From Callorhinchus milii (lineage: Eukaryota), in contig NW_024704742.1 in NCBI RefSeq assembly GCF_018977255.1, positions 34,536,001-34,600,000 on the forward strand: DNA of 64,000 bases. The letters run 5' to 3'. A program made the translations under genes and the position numbers. The stretch's first letter is position 1; the number at the start of each line of letters is the position of its first letter. Under the pieces are notes generated by a model. It saw nothing but the letters and a program-made list of their open reading frames with translations. It had not been told where the DNA came from and did not search any database. Shown piece by piece: positions 1 to 12,416 of this stretch.

Positions 1-1672
1 ATGCCGTTCGCCTTCTTAGTTGCTTGCTGCACCTGCAAACTAACTTTTTGAGACTGGTGTACAAGGACACCCAAATCCCTCTGAACGCTAACACTATCTA
101 ACCTCTCTCCTCTAGAAAATAATCTGTTTTTCTATTTTTGCTACCTAGGTGAATAACTTCACACTTCCCCACATTAAATTCCATCTGCCACCTACTCGTC
201 CATTCCCCTGGCCTATCTATATCCCGTTGCAATCTTCTTGCATCATCCTCAGAGCTTACTCTCCCACCTAGTTTAGTATCATCAATGAATTTAGATACGT
301 TACGTTCAATGTCCTCGTCTAGATCATTGAAGTAAATTGTAAATAGCTGAGGCCCAAGCACTGATCCTTGTGGCACTCCACTAGTCACATCCTGCCAATT
401 CGAGAATGACCCGTTTATCCCTACTCTTTGTTTTCTACCCGTTAGCCACTCTTCAATCCATGCGAATATGTTCCCATTAATCCCGTGGGCCTTAACCTTG
501 TGCAATAGCCTTTTGTGTGGCACTTTGCCAAATGCCTTCTTAAAATCTAAATATCTACTGGTTCCCCCCCCCATTTAACCTGCTAGATACATCTTCAAAA
601 AACTCTAAAAGATTAGTTAAGCGTGACTTCCCTTTTGTAAAGCCATGTTGACTCTGCCTAATCTTGTTATGGTCTTCCAGGAATCCCATAAAGACATCCT
701 TAATTAAGGACTCAAGAATTTTCCCTACCACTGATGTCAGACTAACTGGTCTATACTTCCCCATCTTTTCTATCCCACCCTTCTTAAATAGTTGTGTTAT
801 GTTTGCCATCTTCCAATCAATGGGAACCATTCCAGAATCCAGAGAATTTTGGAAGATCAAAGACAAGCCATCCACTATCTCAGTAGCCACCTCTTTTAAA
901 ACCCTAGGATGTAGGCCATCAGGTCCAGGGGATTTATCAGTTTTAAGACTTGACAATTTACCTAAAACCATTTCTTTACTAATATTAATTTTTCCAAGTT
1001 GTTCGCTAACATTGTCTTCTTTGTTCCCCTCTATTCTTGGTAGGTTTTCAGTGTCTTCTAAGGTGAAGACAGTAGCAAAGTACTTGTTTAATGACTCTGC
1101 TATGTCTTTGTCCCCTATTGTAATTCCCCCCGTCTCTGTCTCTAATGGACCCACATTTACCTTTGACAGCCTCTTCCTCTTTATATATTTGTAAAAACTC
1201 TTGCAGTCTGTCTTTATGTTCCTTGCTAGTTTGCCCTCATATTCCACTTTTTCCCTCTTAATCACTTTTTTGGTTCTCCTTTGTTGATCCCTAAAGTTCT
1301 CCCAATCCTCGGGTTTACTACTCATCTTAGCTGTTTTATGGGCTTCTTCCTTTAACTTTATACTTTCCCTAACTTCTCTAGTTGAGCCACCTTTCCCGTG
1401 GCATTCTTATTCCTCAAAGGAATACGTGCTCGCTGGGAATTTTGCACTATCTCCTTAAACGTCTGCCATTGCTGATCTACTGTCAAATCCTGAAGTCTAA
1501 TTTCCCATTTTATTTTAGCTAAATCCTCTCTCATATCAACAAAGTTGGCTCTACTTAAATTTAAGATCTTTGCTTCGGACTTAACTACTTCTCTCTCTAA
1601 CTTAATGCTAAATTCCATCATATTATGATCACTTTGTCCTAGAGGAGCCTTAATTTCCAGTTTGCTGATCTG
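1..1672 (-). mobile_element. CR1-clade LINE, 5'-truncated, relatively young; ORF2 endonuclease C-terminus plus reverse transcriptase, disrupted
   Basis: Minus ORFs give LGQSDH (endonuclease end), KSPGPDGLHPRVLKE, YRPVSLTSVVGKILE, QHGFTKGKS, YLDFKKAF, GVPQGSVLGP and KFIDDTK. There is a frameshift at the poly-C run near 564-572 and a stop near 1358. The element runs off the window start. Confidence 0.95.
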
Positions 1673-2575
1673 CATGCGTGGGATAGGAAGTTTGTTGCGG
1701 GAGAGAATGTGGGTGGCGGGGTTTTGAATGAGCTGAATTTTGTGAATAGTAGAAGAGGGGAGACCAGCGAGGAGAGTATCAGTGTAGTCCAGCCGAGAGG
1801 TGACAAAGGCATGGACAAGGGTTTCGGCCTTTGGGTTGAGGTATTGTAAGGAGACGGGCAATGTGGCGGAGGTGGAAGAAAGCAGTGCTGGTCAGGGACC
1901 GGATGTGGGGGAGGAAGGATAACTGAGGATCGAACCTGATGCCTAAATTGTCCATGCGTACAGAGAGTTTTAATGACAGGTCGGGTAGATTGAGGAGGTC
2001 GCAACCTTGGGATAGAAGACGTCGGCGGGAGCCAAAGAATATGGTTTCCATCTTGTTGACGTTTAACTGCAGGAAATTTGCACTCATCCAGCCCTTGATG
2101 TCCAACAGACAAGCTGACAGAACATCAGGGGACTGGGGTTCATAGCTGTAGGTGGAAAAGTAGATTTGAGTGTCATCTGCATACATGTGAAAATTAACCC
2201 CGTGTCTGCGGATGACATCACCGAGAGGGAGCATATAGTTAGGAAGAGAAGGAGGCCAAGGATGGATCCTTGGGGTACCCCGCAGGTGACCGGGTGGAAG
2301 CGAAAAGAAAAGCCATTTGCAGAAATGTAGTGCTGGTGGTTTGTAAGGTAGGACTCGAACCAAGCGAGTGAGGTCCCACTGAGGTGGATGACAGAGGAAA
2401 GGCGGTGGAGGAGGATGGCGTGATTGACTGTGTCAAACGCAGCGGAGAGGTCCAGGAGGACAAGGTGGCAGAGGGAGCCCTGGCCACAGATAGAGAGGAT
2501 ATCGTTTGTGACTTTTACGAATGCTGTCTCTATATTGTGGGCAGGGCGGAAACTGGAGTGGAGGTGTTCGAGTTG
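1673..2575 (-). mobile_element. L2-clade LINE RT fragment, interrupted by the CR1 above
   Basis: LLDLSAAFDTVNH, GVPQGSILG, HMYADDTQIY, NFLQLNVNK and AFVTSRLDY are spread over several frames. ORF 1358..1861 is an L2/CR1 chimera. Confidence 0.93.
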
Positions 2576-2799
2576 CTCTTTCAATACAGACTGAATTGCA
2601 CTCTGTGTATGATTCACTCCAGTTTGTTTGGCAGCTTGAGTCTGGATTATGACTCTCCACCTTTCAAATTGGAATGATCCCGCACATATTGACATATCCT
2701 TGTAAATACTCTTAAACCATCTTCATCGAGGACTGAGTGGGGGAAGGATTTTTATTATTTAATTTTGTCTCCTTGGTTAACTAACAGTTCCATGGCCAG

Positions 2800-3001
2800 T
2801 TAGATATCAGTCTGATTTATAGTGTTGTCCTGCAGGCAGATGAGATCTGCCTCTTCCACCTTCATTAGTGATAGACTGTGGTGATGAGATTTACCCCAAG
2901 GTTTCTGGATATTGAAGTCCAAGTGTGAAGAACCGCAGCACTGTTTATTCCAGAGATCCTTTGATATGTATGTTGTAAATGGGAATAGTTTCACCCAGCC
3001 A
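2800..3001 (-). CDS. Candidate terminal coding exon of an unidentified gene (GWVKLFPF...NQTDI*)
   Basis: Strong acceptor (ttgttttgtcttcag), 66 open codons to TAA, non-repetitive sequence; no homolog recognised. Confidence 0.35.
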
Positions 3002-3264
3002 CTGAAGACAAAACAAGTAAATAAACAAATAAAATCTGCAAAATAGTCCATGTTCAGGACAATTGTATTTTTAATATGTATACTGTAAAATAAGTCATGT
3101 TGGAAATGAAAGAAGCTTAAAAATAAATAGCAATCTGTTCACCAACATTGAAATCCCGTTATAAAAACAATCAGTATGTAATAGAATGACATAATGTCCA
3201 AACTTTTTTTCAGAGTAAAATCTAGAACAATTTTTCTATATCTACTTTCTGACTGTTGGTAAAA

Positions 3265-3535
3265 ATTGATTGTCTGGCCTTCACCCTTTCTTCCCCAATC
3301 CTTTGGAACTCCATCCCACATTCCCTTCACCTCGCTCTCTCCCTTGCCTCCTTCAAGGCAAGGTCTCAAGACCCTCCTCTTCAACCACACCTCGGCCACC
3401 CTCCTACCCTACACCCTCTACCCCACATCCCTCTCCCCACACCACTCAGGTCCAAATCACTGATTGTCCAGGGCCTTTGGACATCCTCCCGATGTGAAAG
3501 ACGCTAAACAAATGTCATTTTGTATTGTATTGTTG
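3265..3535 (+). mobile_element. L2 3' end fragment
   Basis: ctttggaactccatccc...ttcaaggc...ttggacatcctcccgatgtgaaagacgct followed by a (ttg)-type tail. Confidence 0.85.
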
Positions 3536-4067
3536 TAAGGGCTAAAACAAATGTGAGGGCTAATATTATTATTAAAATAGTAACAGAATATTATTATTAA
3601 TATCATAGTTGTTGTTGCAGATAAGAATGATCAGCAGTAGGTTGCCAGGGTAATACATCAACCAATTTTTTCCCCAGCGTTGGGCTTGAACTTATTTCCT
3701 GGTGAACGGTGATATATACGATCCATAACATTATTAAACAAAGCATGTACTTTACCTGTAAAGAAAAGTAATACTACATTAGGGCCAAATCATGATTTAT
3801 TTTTAATATAATAACAAAACGGTGGAAACAACTGTAATATGTGGCAAAGAAAATCTGATTTATTATTTACAGTGTAAAAGTGTAATCAATCTGCCGGGTG
3901 TTTCCATTTCAGTTTCCACATCCACAAAGGTGAGCCGAGGTGTAATGTCACTGCTCCTATCTTGCGCTTGCAGAATGAGGGCACTTGCTGGAATTTTATT
4001 TTTCTCCTGTGTACTTGCAGGCCCTTCAGTGTGCAGGATTCTTTTACTCCTTGCTGTTCTACTTGCA

Positions 4068-4357
4068 GGACAATGTTGTGCGCAATTGACTGCTGCATTT
4101 TGCCCACAAAATATATAGTCACTATACTTTACAGAATATCCTGTAAAGGGCTTTGAGATGCCTAGAAGACGTCATACGGCACTGTATCAAATGCAAGGAT
4201 TATTATTATTATTCTGCTTATGCTATTCAGTCCACAGAGCTAGACATTGCTCTTACAGTCAATTCACTTTACAGTGTGTTCTGTGAAGCGCTTTGGGACG
4301 TCCTCCAGATGTGAAAAGCGCTATATCAAATGCAAGGATTATTATTATTATTATTAT
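4068..4357 (+). mobile_element. Two 5'-truncated Deu-type SINE 3' fragments
   Basis: tgtgcgcaatt...atcaaatgcaagg(att)n at 4068-4212 and a second tail at 4255-4357. Confidence 0.85.
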
Positions 4358-4409
4358 TTTGACACAGCAGCAGCAGTCACTGTGGCATTAGTGGTAGATG
4401 GTATATTAC

Positions 4410-4504
4410 CTCCACAAACTGCCACTTGGTGGCGTCTGCACCACTATTCGACTTTCACCAGCTGAGGGCATGTGTTCACTAGTGTTAGCAACGAGAAGAA
4501 TAAT
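4410..4504 (-). CDS. Candidate internal exon (IILLVANTSEHMPSAGESRIVVQTPPSGSLW), phase 0 to 2
   Basis: Acceptor tactgtttag, donor GAG|gtaata; phase-compatible with the 2800-3001 exon. Confidence 0.25.
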
Positions 4505-5057
4505 CTAAACAGTATAAGAAATCCCTCTTTAATGAAAGTCTGCAAATATTTGGAGATAGAATCAAATCAAATCCATATTGTTCCAAAAGGTCATCTGCAG
4601 TCTCCACTATAGATGCAAAGAGTTTGAGAGGAGCACTAATCAGGTAGCCTCAGGCGTCTGTAGTGGAATCCCTCCTGATTCTCATATATATTAATGACCA
4701 GGATTTTCAGACCCATTGTAAGATAGTTAAGTTTGCAGATAACACTAAATTGTGGGGAACTGTGGAATCAACGGAGGCAGCAAAGGTCCAACAAGGAAAA
4801 CTTGATAGGGTCTGCACATGGCTAATAACTGGCAAATGAACCTTAGTACTGATAAATGCAAGGTATTACATATACGATCCAAGAATAGAAAAACACAAAT
4901 ACTGCATGAATGGGATTGAACTTGCCAAGGGGGAAGCTGAAAGAGATCTAGGTGTATTAATTGTCTCCTCACTCATTATGTCAAAACAATGTGAGGCAGC
5001 AATAAACAAGGCAAACAGGATGCTAGGCTATATTGCTAAATTCTTTGAGTTTGGATC

Positions 5058-5897
5058 TGTGATGGTTCTCACCCCAAATTGTATACCCGCATTATGACAA
5101 AGTGCCTGGTGTACTTGGTGGCCTCTGTATCAGTTCCTTCTCTGTATCATGCAAGTTCCCTCTCTGAGTGAAACCCCACTAATGAGAATTTACACATTAC
5201 AACAGGTAATCCCAATGCTTTATTGCGCAACAAAGGGATGCTTTCATCAGTGTCCTTTGCACTACTAGACAGCTAACTTCAGCAATAACCTGCTTGTTTT
5301 TCCTCCTTCCCTCCTTGATTTTTACAGAGAATCGAGAAGCACTGTAGAAAATAGTCAACGGTATTTTATTGGTCCTTAAACCTTATGCCTAACTTACACT
5401 ACCCAGAAACATATAAGTGTCGCAGCATTAAGAAATAGAAAAAACCCTGACACTAGCTTTACCAAAAGGTAATTAACTAAGAAAAACAATCTTGATCTGA
5501 AGGCGAAGCTCTCAGGTCAGGCACATACCACACAAGGCCAAAAGCAACACTCTCCTTTTATATTGTCCTAACTCTTCTCCTTTCTGATGTACCACATTGA
5601 TACTTTTCCCCACCATTTTCAATCTCTTCCCCTTTCAATGTATCAATAGATTCCCCCTCCAGGATCCACATGATCCTTTCCTATCTTTTTGTTTCAGTGA
5701 CTCACCCAGGTGTCAGACTTCGTGTCGTCAAGGCTGTCCTCACCACTTTAAATTATATTTTGGTCCCTAGACCATAAATGCACTGGAAGCAAAAGCAAAA
5801 GCATCCCACGCTGCACAAAATCTCAATATATACAGAGTATCTAGATTAATAAACCCAACAGAGGTAGAGCGTTAATCTAAACAAGGTGACCATGACA
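5058..5897 (-). mobile_element. Solo LTR, 840 bp, probably Gypsy/Ty3-type
   Basis: TG...CA ends with inverted termini TGTGATGGT/ACCATGACA and a 4-bp TSD GATC (5054-5057, 5898-5901). Minus-strand TATAAAA (~5555) and AATAAA (~5220, ~5367) suggest the orientation. Confidence 0.8.
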
Positions 5898-6148
5898 GAT
5901 CCCAATGTGAATATCAGGCTGTAAAGTGCTCTGGTCAGACCACACCTTGAATATTTTATACAATTCTAGTCATCGCACCATAACTGTTTGTGTCTACTCA
6001 GGCTTGAGAGGTGATGCAGAGGAGAGCAATGAGGATAGTGCCAACTGTTAAAGCAATAAGGTGTGAGCAATGACTAGACAAGTTAGGACTCTTCAGTCTT
6101 GAGAGAAGATGACTCAGAGGAGCCCTGAAATGTAAGATGTAAAACATA

Positions 6149-6382
6149 AGGCAAGTTTCCTTATTCCACACGCCTGATAATAATCCCTCAGGAAGAAAAA
6201 ACAATAATAATTTAGTCACTAAATCCACGACTGTTTGTGGGACGCTGCTGTGCGCAATTGGCTGCCGTGCTTCACCCACAAAATATACAGTCAATTCACT
6301 TTACAGTATATTCTGTGAAGCGCTTTGCGATGTCTAGCAGACATGAAAAGTGCTATATCAACTGCAAGGATTATTATTATTA
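6149..6382 (+). mobile_element. tRNA/Deu SINE, short form, 5'-truncated
   Basis: ggcaagtttccttattccacacgcc...gtgcgcaattggctgcc...gcaaggattattattatt. Confidence 0.9.
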
Positions 6383-6870
6383 TGTACAAAATTTTAAATG
6401 GGATTGAAAAAGTAAAAACCCAGATCAGTATTTTAGGATGCATCATCAGTGTAGAACAAGAGGATATGTGTTTAGAGTTGTAAAGGGCAATTTCAGAACA
6501 GATACCAGGAATATTTTCTTTATGCAGTGGGCAATCAATGACGTCAACAGGTTGCCACGAAAGCTGGTATAGGCCAGGAGACTGGACTCATTAAAAACAC
6601 TGCTTGTTGCAGTGATGTGGGGTGACGGTAGGGTGCACGTACTCGAGGGATGAGATCTTCTTCATCAACCAAACTTGTGATCTTGTGACAAGAAAGGTTG
6701 TTATGTCTTGAATGGATTTTGATAATAAGCTCTTCCTTTCATGCATCTACTCATGCAAGGAATATATAATGTCATCACATTTATTCCAGATCAACCATGA
6801 CTTAAATAATTGTTTTACAGGTGGGAAGCCACTCCTGAATAAGGAAACATTCTCTAGGCTTAATTTTTTT

Positions 6871-7513
6871 CCCCTCTAATTCCTCTATCTTAATTCAAGA
6901 AACGGACATCAAGAATAAAGCAATCTCCGAAAAAGGTTTTGGGCTTGTAATCATGCCATACATGCTCCAAGGAAAAAAACACAGTGGAGTCCTGTAATGT
7001 ATTGGTTAGAGCACTTGGCTTTCAAGCAAGAGGACCAAGGTTTGATTCCCAGGCAGAGCGAAACCTTAGGCAAGTCACTTCACATGCCTCTGTTTACCTA
7101 GCAGTAAGTAGGAACCCAGTTGTTAGGTTGGTGGATCATTTTCTGGGGTTAATAATCCCTCAAAAAAAGAAATAATAATAATTTGGTCACTCAATCCACG
7201 ACTGTTTGTAGGACACTGCTGTACGCAATTGGCTACCACATTTCATTCACGAACAAATATACAGGTATTTCACTTTACTGTATATTCTCTGAAGCTCCTT
7301 GAGGTGTCTCGGTGACATGATAAGGTGCAACATCAAATGCAAGGATTATATTATTATTACAGGGAGTGGTTGCAATGGCAGAAAAAAACAATTAGCAGTC
7401 ACAAGGGTTTAGCGACAGGTTTTGGCTTTGAAGCAGGTTATATAAACCTTTTTGGGGATTGCTTTATTCTTGATGTCTGTTTCTTGAGTTAAGATAGATG
7501 AACTATATATGGG
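6871..7513. mobile_element. Non-autonomous DNA transposon (MITE) with ~55-bp inverted repeats, possibly piggyBac-like, containing a SINE
   Basis: 6884-6939 is the near-perfect reverse complement of 7444-7498. The right end is GGG|TTAA; the left end is TTAA, a T-run, then CCCC. Confidence 0.6.
6984..7339 (+). mobile_element. tRNA-Ala-derived Deu-type SINE, medium form
   Basis: tRNA-like head, tgcctctgtttacctagcagtaagtaggaacc block, Deu-like 3' part and L2-like tail. Confidence 0.9.
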
Positions 7514-7860
7514 TTAAGCTGCAGGAGCAGAATAATAGCTGACAGACAGACAGACAGACCATTGTCTAAATGTGATGTTAGTTTTGTCTCCCATTCTTTC
7601 AGAAGTAACAAAAATATGCTACAACTTAAAATACCTTGAGATATTACATCACCTCAAGCAATCAGACAAATAATGATTATAAAAAAGAAATTAATTTACA
7701 CACACTGTATCTCCTTCTTGTGGAATACAATAGAAGCATATAAAGATATCCTTGAACTCCAGCTTTGTGATTAGCTTATCGGAAAAGATTCAGTTTCTGC
7801 GTGTGAATCTTTAAGAAGTGTGACATATTCATCTATTAATGCCATTGAGAAGACACTTAC

Positions 7861-7949
7861 ATTTGTACAATTGACCTTGAAGAATTTGCTTTTGTCGTCT
7901 CATTACTTGTCTGGAAGATATCATCAATCACACAGGACTTTGCCAGATT
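7861..7949 (-). CDS. Candidate internal exon (NLAKSCVIDDIFQTSNETTKANSSRSIVQ), phase 0 to 2
   Basis: Acceptor ttctcctag, strong donor AAT|gtaagt, one open frame; an alternative to 4410-4504. Confidence 0.2.
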
Positions 7950-8223
7950 CTAGGAGAATTAACTCTATAATGTTTGTGCTGGTGCCTTTTTTCTTTTACA
8001 TCACAAAGAGCAACAATTTTGAAGAAATGGGATTTTCCTTTTATAAGTCCACATTGCCAAAGCCGTTAGATTTAGGAACAAAAGGAATATCCCTGGAAGG
8101 CAAACAATTGGAAAAGCACAAAGGGTAGTTATTATTCATTCAGGAAGGGGAGATATATTCAACGAACCTGCTCAATCTTTTTGAAGATATGACTGATCAT
8201 ACAATAGAAAATTACATTTTATG

Positions 8224-8545
8224 TGTTGTTCTGTAGCTCAGTGATTAGAGCACTCGCCTTGCAAGCGAGACACCTGGGTTCAATTCCAGGCAGGGTGAAA
8301 CCTTGGACAAGTTTCCTTACTCCATACGCCTAATAATAATCCCTCCAAAACAAAACAATAATAAATTGGTCATTTTCAATCCACGACTGTTTATAGGACA
8401 CTGCTGTGCACAATTGGCTGCCGCGTTTCGCCCACAAATATACGGTCAATTCACTTTACAGTGTGTTCTGTGAAGCGCTTTGAGACATCTAGAAGAAATG
8501 AAAAGCACTATATCAAATGCAAGGATTATTATTTATTATTATTAT
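8224..8545 (+). mobile_element. tRNA-Ala-derived Deu-type SINE, short form
   Basis: A box TAGCTCAGTG, anticodon arm CTCGC-CTTGCAA-GCGAG, B box GGTTCAATTCC, (att)n tail. Confidence 0.93.
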
Positions 8546-8644
8546 AATGCTTTTCACGTCGGGAGGACAAGTTGAATAGTGACAAGAGGTAATAGCAACA
8601 AGCTCAATACAATTGTTTTATTTGGAATATATATATAACTTTAG

Positions 8645-10260
8645 TTACAACAACAACTTGCACTAATATAGCACCCTCCATGCAGGGTAGCATCTCAGAA
8701 TCTTTAATGGTGGCTTAACACCACACTCCAATGGTGGAACGGAGGATACGAGGGACGAGCAGGAGGCCGGTGCCAGTCAAGCGGAGGCACCAGGTGATGG
8801 ATTGAGGAGGTCAGAGAGGTAGGGAAGTACCAGGGAGTGAAGTGATTTGAACACGAGAGTGAGGATCTTGAAGTCGGTCCATTCGGTGATGAGGAACCAG
8901 TGGAGCCTGACCAGAACTGGTGAGATAGAGGTACGGAGCTTGGTCCGGGTCAGTATGTGGGTGGCAGAGTTCTGAATGAGCTGGATTTTTTGACTAGTGG
9001 AGCTGGGGAGACCAGCGGGGAGTACGTTTGAGTAATCCAGGTGGGACGTGGCAACGCATGCACGAGGCTTTCAGCTGCATTTGGAGGTGGGCAATGTGGC
9101 GGAGGTGGAGGAAGGCGGTCCTGGTCAGGATTGGATGTGGGGGAGGAAGGAAAGCTGGGGATCAGACCGGATGCCTAGATTGCACACTGGTTCGGTGAGT
9201 CTGAAGGAGAGCCCAGGGAGGTTGAGGAGTTCAGATCTGCAGGAGTGAAGACATTGACAAGAGCTAAAGAATATGGCTTCTGTGTTGTCCACATTCAGCT
9301 GCAGGAAGTTTACATTCATGCAGACCCTGATTTCTGCCAGACAAGCTGATAGAGCTTCGGCAGACCTGGAGTCGATGCTGGAGGAGGCAAAGTAGATTTG
9401 TGTGTCATCCGCATACATGGAAGTTTACGGGTGACATCGCCCAGAGGGAGGATATAGATGAGGAAAAGAAGGGGGACAAGGATGGATCCTTGGGGTATCC
9501 CGCAGGTGACTGGGCGGGAGTGGGAGGAGAAACCATTTGCTGAGATGAAGTGGAGACGGTTGGTTAAGTAGGACTTAAACCATGCGAGTGTGGTCTCACT
9601 AAGGTAGTTGAGGGAGTAGAGGCGGTGGAGGAGGATGGCGTGGTTTGACTGTGTCGAATGCACAGAGAGATCCAGGAGGATGAGGAGGCAGAGGGATCCT
9701 AGTGACAGATAGAAAAGACATAGTTTGTGACTTTGACTTTCTCTGTGCTGTGGACAGGGCGAAAATCAGACTGCAGGGGCTCAAGGAAGGAGTGGAGGGA
9801 GAGATGTGATCGAAGTTGACCTGCAACAATGTGTTCCAGGACTTTAGCAAGGAAGGATAGGTTGTGGATGGAATGGTAGTTGAGAGGTTAGAGGGATCGA
9901 GGGTGGGTTTTTTGAGGAGGGGTGTGATGACAGCGGTTTTCAGAGGGAGTGCAACAGAGCCTGAGGAGAGAGACTGGTTGACCATGTTGGCCAGCAGGGG
10001 AGAGAGAAGGGGGAGTTGAGTGACCAGCAGCTGGGTGAGGAGGGGTTGAAGGTAGCAGGTGATGAACTTCATGCGGGTGATTGTGGTTGAGAGGGAGGAG
10101 GGAGAAATGGGGGCAAAGTAGTGTAAGGAGGGGGGAGTGGCAGGAGCTGTGACAGAGGGAGAAGGTGGTGTGGATGGTCTGGGTGGGGTGGAATGGGACG
10201 TGGGGGGAGAGGGCAATCCAGCCAAGCGTATGTTTTCAATCTTTGAAGCGAAGAAGTCTG
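8645..10260 (-). mobile_element. L2 LINE, decayed ORF2 and 3' end
   Basis: AVITPLLKKPTLDPS, GIPQGSILVPLLF, MYADDTQIY and NFLQLNV; (caa)n tail near 8648. Confidence 0.92.
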
Positions 10261-10883
10261 GGAACGCTTCGCGCTTGTTTAGTTACTGTTATTTGGTATT
10301 ATACACCTACAGAATATAGAACTTTGGGTATCCTAAAGTATATCCCCAAGTTGGAAGATGATACCGAAATAGGAGAGACAACAAATAATGAAAGAATACA
10401 GTTAGATTTACTAGAATTTAGATCTTATGAGCACTTGAGCAGCTATGTGTCAGATGCAATTGAATGTGAATAATTACTGTAAAATAATTATTGTGAGAGT
10501 AAATAACCAAATAAGGAAGCATATGTTAAATGGAAGTGTTTTACCATACGTATCTGAAGAGATCTTGATGTTATTGGTATGATGGATAAATTGGTAAAAC
10601 AATTGACTCAGTACTTTGAGGGAAAAAGCAGTTAAGGTTCCAGATTACATTAGCAGAGTTACAGTTCAGACCTTATAATTTTGGTTTTCTAAGATGTAGA
10701 TCTCTTATAAAAACACTTGAATATGGTTTCATTATTCATGAGCACAGGAATAGAATTTTGATTAAACTGTTGTCCTTTTTCACATTTGAAATTTTAATTT
10801 GTATTTTATATTCTTATTTCTGTATCCACAATTCTGATTTTTGTCCACTGTTTTTGCTATCTATCCTCCAATATCATAGTTTG

Positions 10884-11610
10884 TCAGTCAGGCTCAGTTG
10901 GTAGCACTCTGAATCTGCCCTAATCTCATGAGCTACCATCTCGACCCCTCCGGCTCACCCCCTCTCTATCTGTATTCAGGTCTTGCCTAAAAGCCTAGCT
11001 CTTCGACCATGCCTAAGGTACCTCTCCTCCTCCCTCCCACCCCCCTCTACTTGCATTTCATATAGTGCTTTGTCACATTGTCAAACCATCTCAAAGTTCT
11101 TCACAGGATTTATTGTGTGGTTATTCATCCATCCATCCATCCTTTCCTTGTAGAGTGTTCTGAGATATATTATTCAACGTAAAAGGCACTATATAAATGC
11201 AAATTTTTGTTGAGTCAGAAGATTTGGAGTTCAAGCCTTGTGTCATGACTTTGACTCAAAGACTAGGATGAAATTTCAATGAAGCTCTGGGGCAGTCCTG
11301 CATTGATGGAGGTGCTGTGCTTTGGAAGAGACGTTAAACTTGATCCCAATTGCCTGTTCAGATGGACTTTAAAGATCCCACAGCACTATCTTTGAAGAGA
11401 AGGGAATTTCTCCTGATGTCCTGGCTAACAATCCCCCAAATAAAAATTGGTCATTGACTTCTTGGCTGTTTGGGGACATTGCTGTGAGCAAATTGGTTGC
11501 TGTGTTTGCCAACAAATACACAAATACATACTTTCCAATAAATCCTGTGAAGAGGCTTTGAGATGGTTTGACAATGTGACAAAGCACTATATGAAATGCA
11601 AGGATTATTA
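10884..11610 (+). mobile_element. Old full-length DeuSINE (SacSINE1-like) with a nested L2 3' fragment (~10918-11211)
   Basis: Head gctcagttggtagcactct resumes at tgagtcagaag (11211); Deu domain ...gttcagatggactttaaagatcccacagcact...; tail follows. Confidence 0.85.
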
Positions 11611-11927
11611 ATTGCTATATTTTGTAATTTTTCTAATCTATCATTTTTGTCCATTTTTCTGTGTTTTTTTACTTCCTGATGGTTCACTACTGTTTCTCAG
11701 ATCTCAGACCCTTACATCAGTGTTCCTACCCACTATTCTGACAGCAAGTGGAAAATCAAACAAAGTGGGTGGAAGAAAGTAAAGAAAATGAAAGAAATGG
11801 GACAAGGAAACAAAACATTATGGGGCAGTTATAGCAGAGCACAAAAAACACAGAAAAGGAGCATTAAACTAACAGTGATGTCTGATTGTATATTTTGTTG
11901 CTGCTTGTGTCCATTTTTATAATTTTC

Positions 11928-12416
11928 ACAACAACAACAACAACAACAAGATTCCATTTATAAAGCGCCTTTCACGTCAGGAGGACGTCCCAAGGCGCTG
12001 CACAGTTGGGTCATGACCCGAGCAGGGGGGAAATGGTCAGGGTGAGGGGAGGGAGGGAGCGAGGAGGGGGAAGAGAGTCGAGAGGGGAGCTGAAGGCACG
12101 GTCAAAGAGAAAGGTTTTGAGACCGGCCTTGAAGGAGGAAAGGGAGGAAGCAAGGCGAAGGCACTGGGGGATGGAGTTCCAGAGCCTGGGGGCTGAGAGG
12201 CTGAAGGCCCGACCACCGATGGTAGGGCGGTTGGGGCGGGGGACGTGGAGCAGACCGGAGCCAGAGGAACGGAGGGTACGGACAGGTAGGTAGGGGGATA
12301 GTAGGTTGGAGAGGTAGGAGGGAGCAAGGCCGTGAATGGCCTTGTAGGTGAGGATGAGGATCTTGAAATCAATCCTCTGGGGGATGGGGAGCCAGTGGAG
12401 GCGAGCGAGGGTGGGA
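11928..12416 (-). mobile_element. Young L2 3' end
   Basis: (AAC)n tail and 3' stem AGCGCCTT/AAGGCGCT; near-identical to 15945-16461 in the opposite orientation. Confidence 0.93.

Larger units (their letters stand above)
4640..6620 (+). mobile_element. Old CR1 LINE (RT end and 3' region) split by a solo LTR (5058-5897) and a SINE (6149-6382)
   Basis: aagtttgcagataacactaaa (KFADNTK), AINKANRMLGYI, ctggtcagaccacaccttgaata and CR1 3' region sequence are collinear across the two insertions. Confidence 0.88.

Noticed and set aside
98..2695. Intact reverse transcriptase gene or novel retron-like/fusion system
   Set aside because: Frameshifted CR1 and L2 fragments; the apparent fusion ORF 1358..1861 is an insertion junction.
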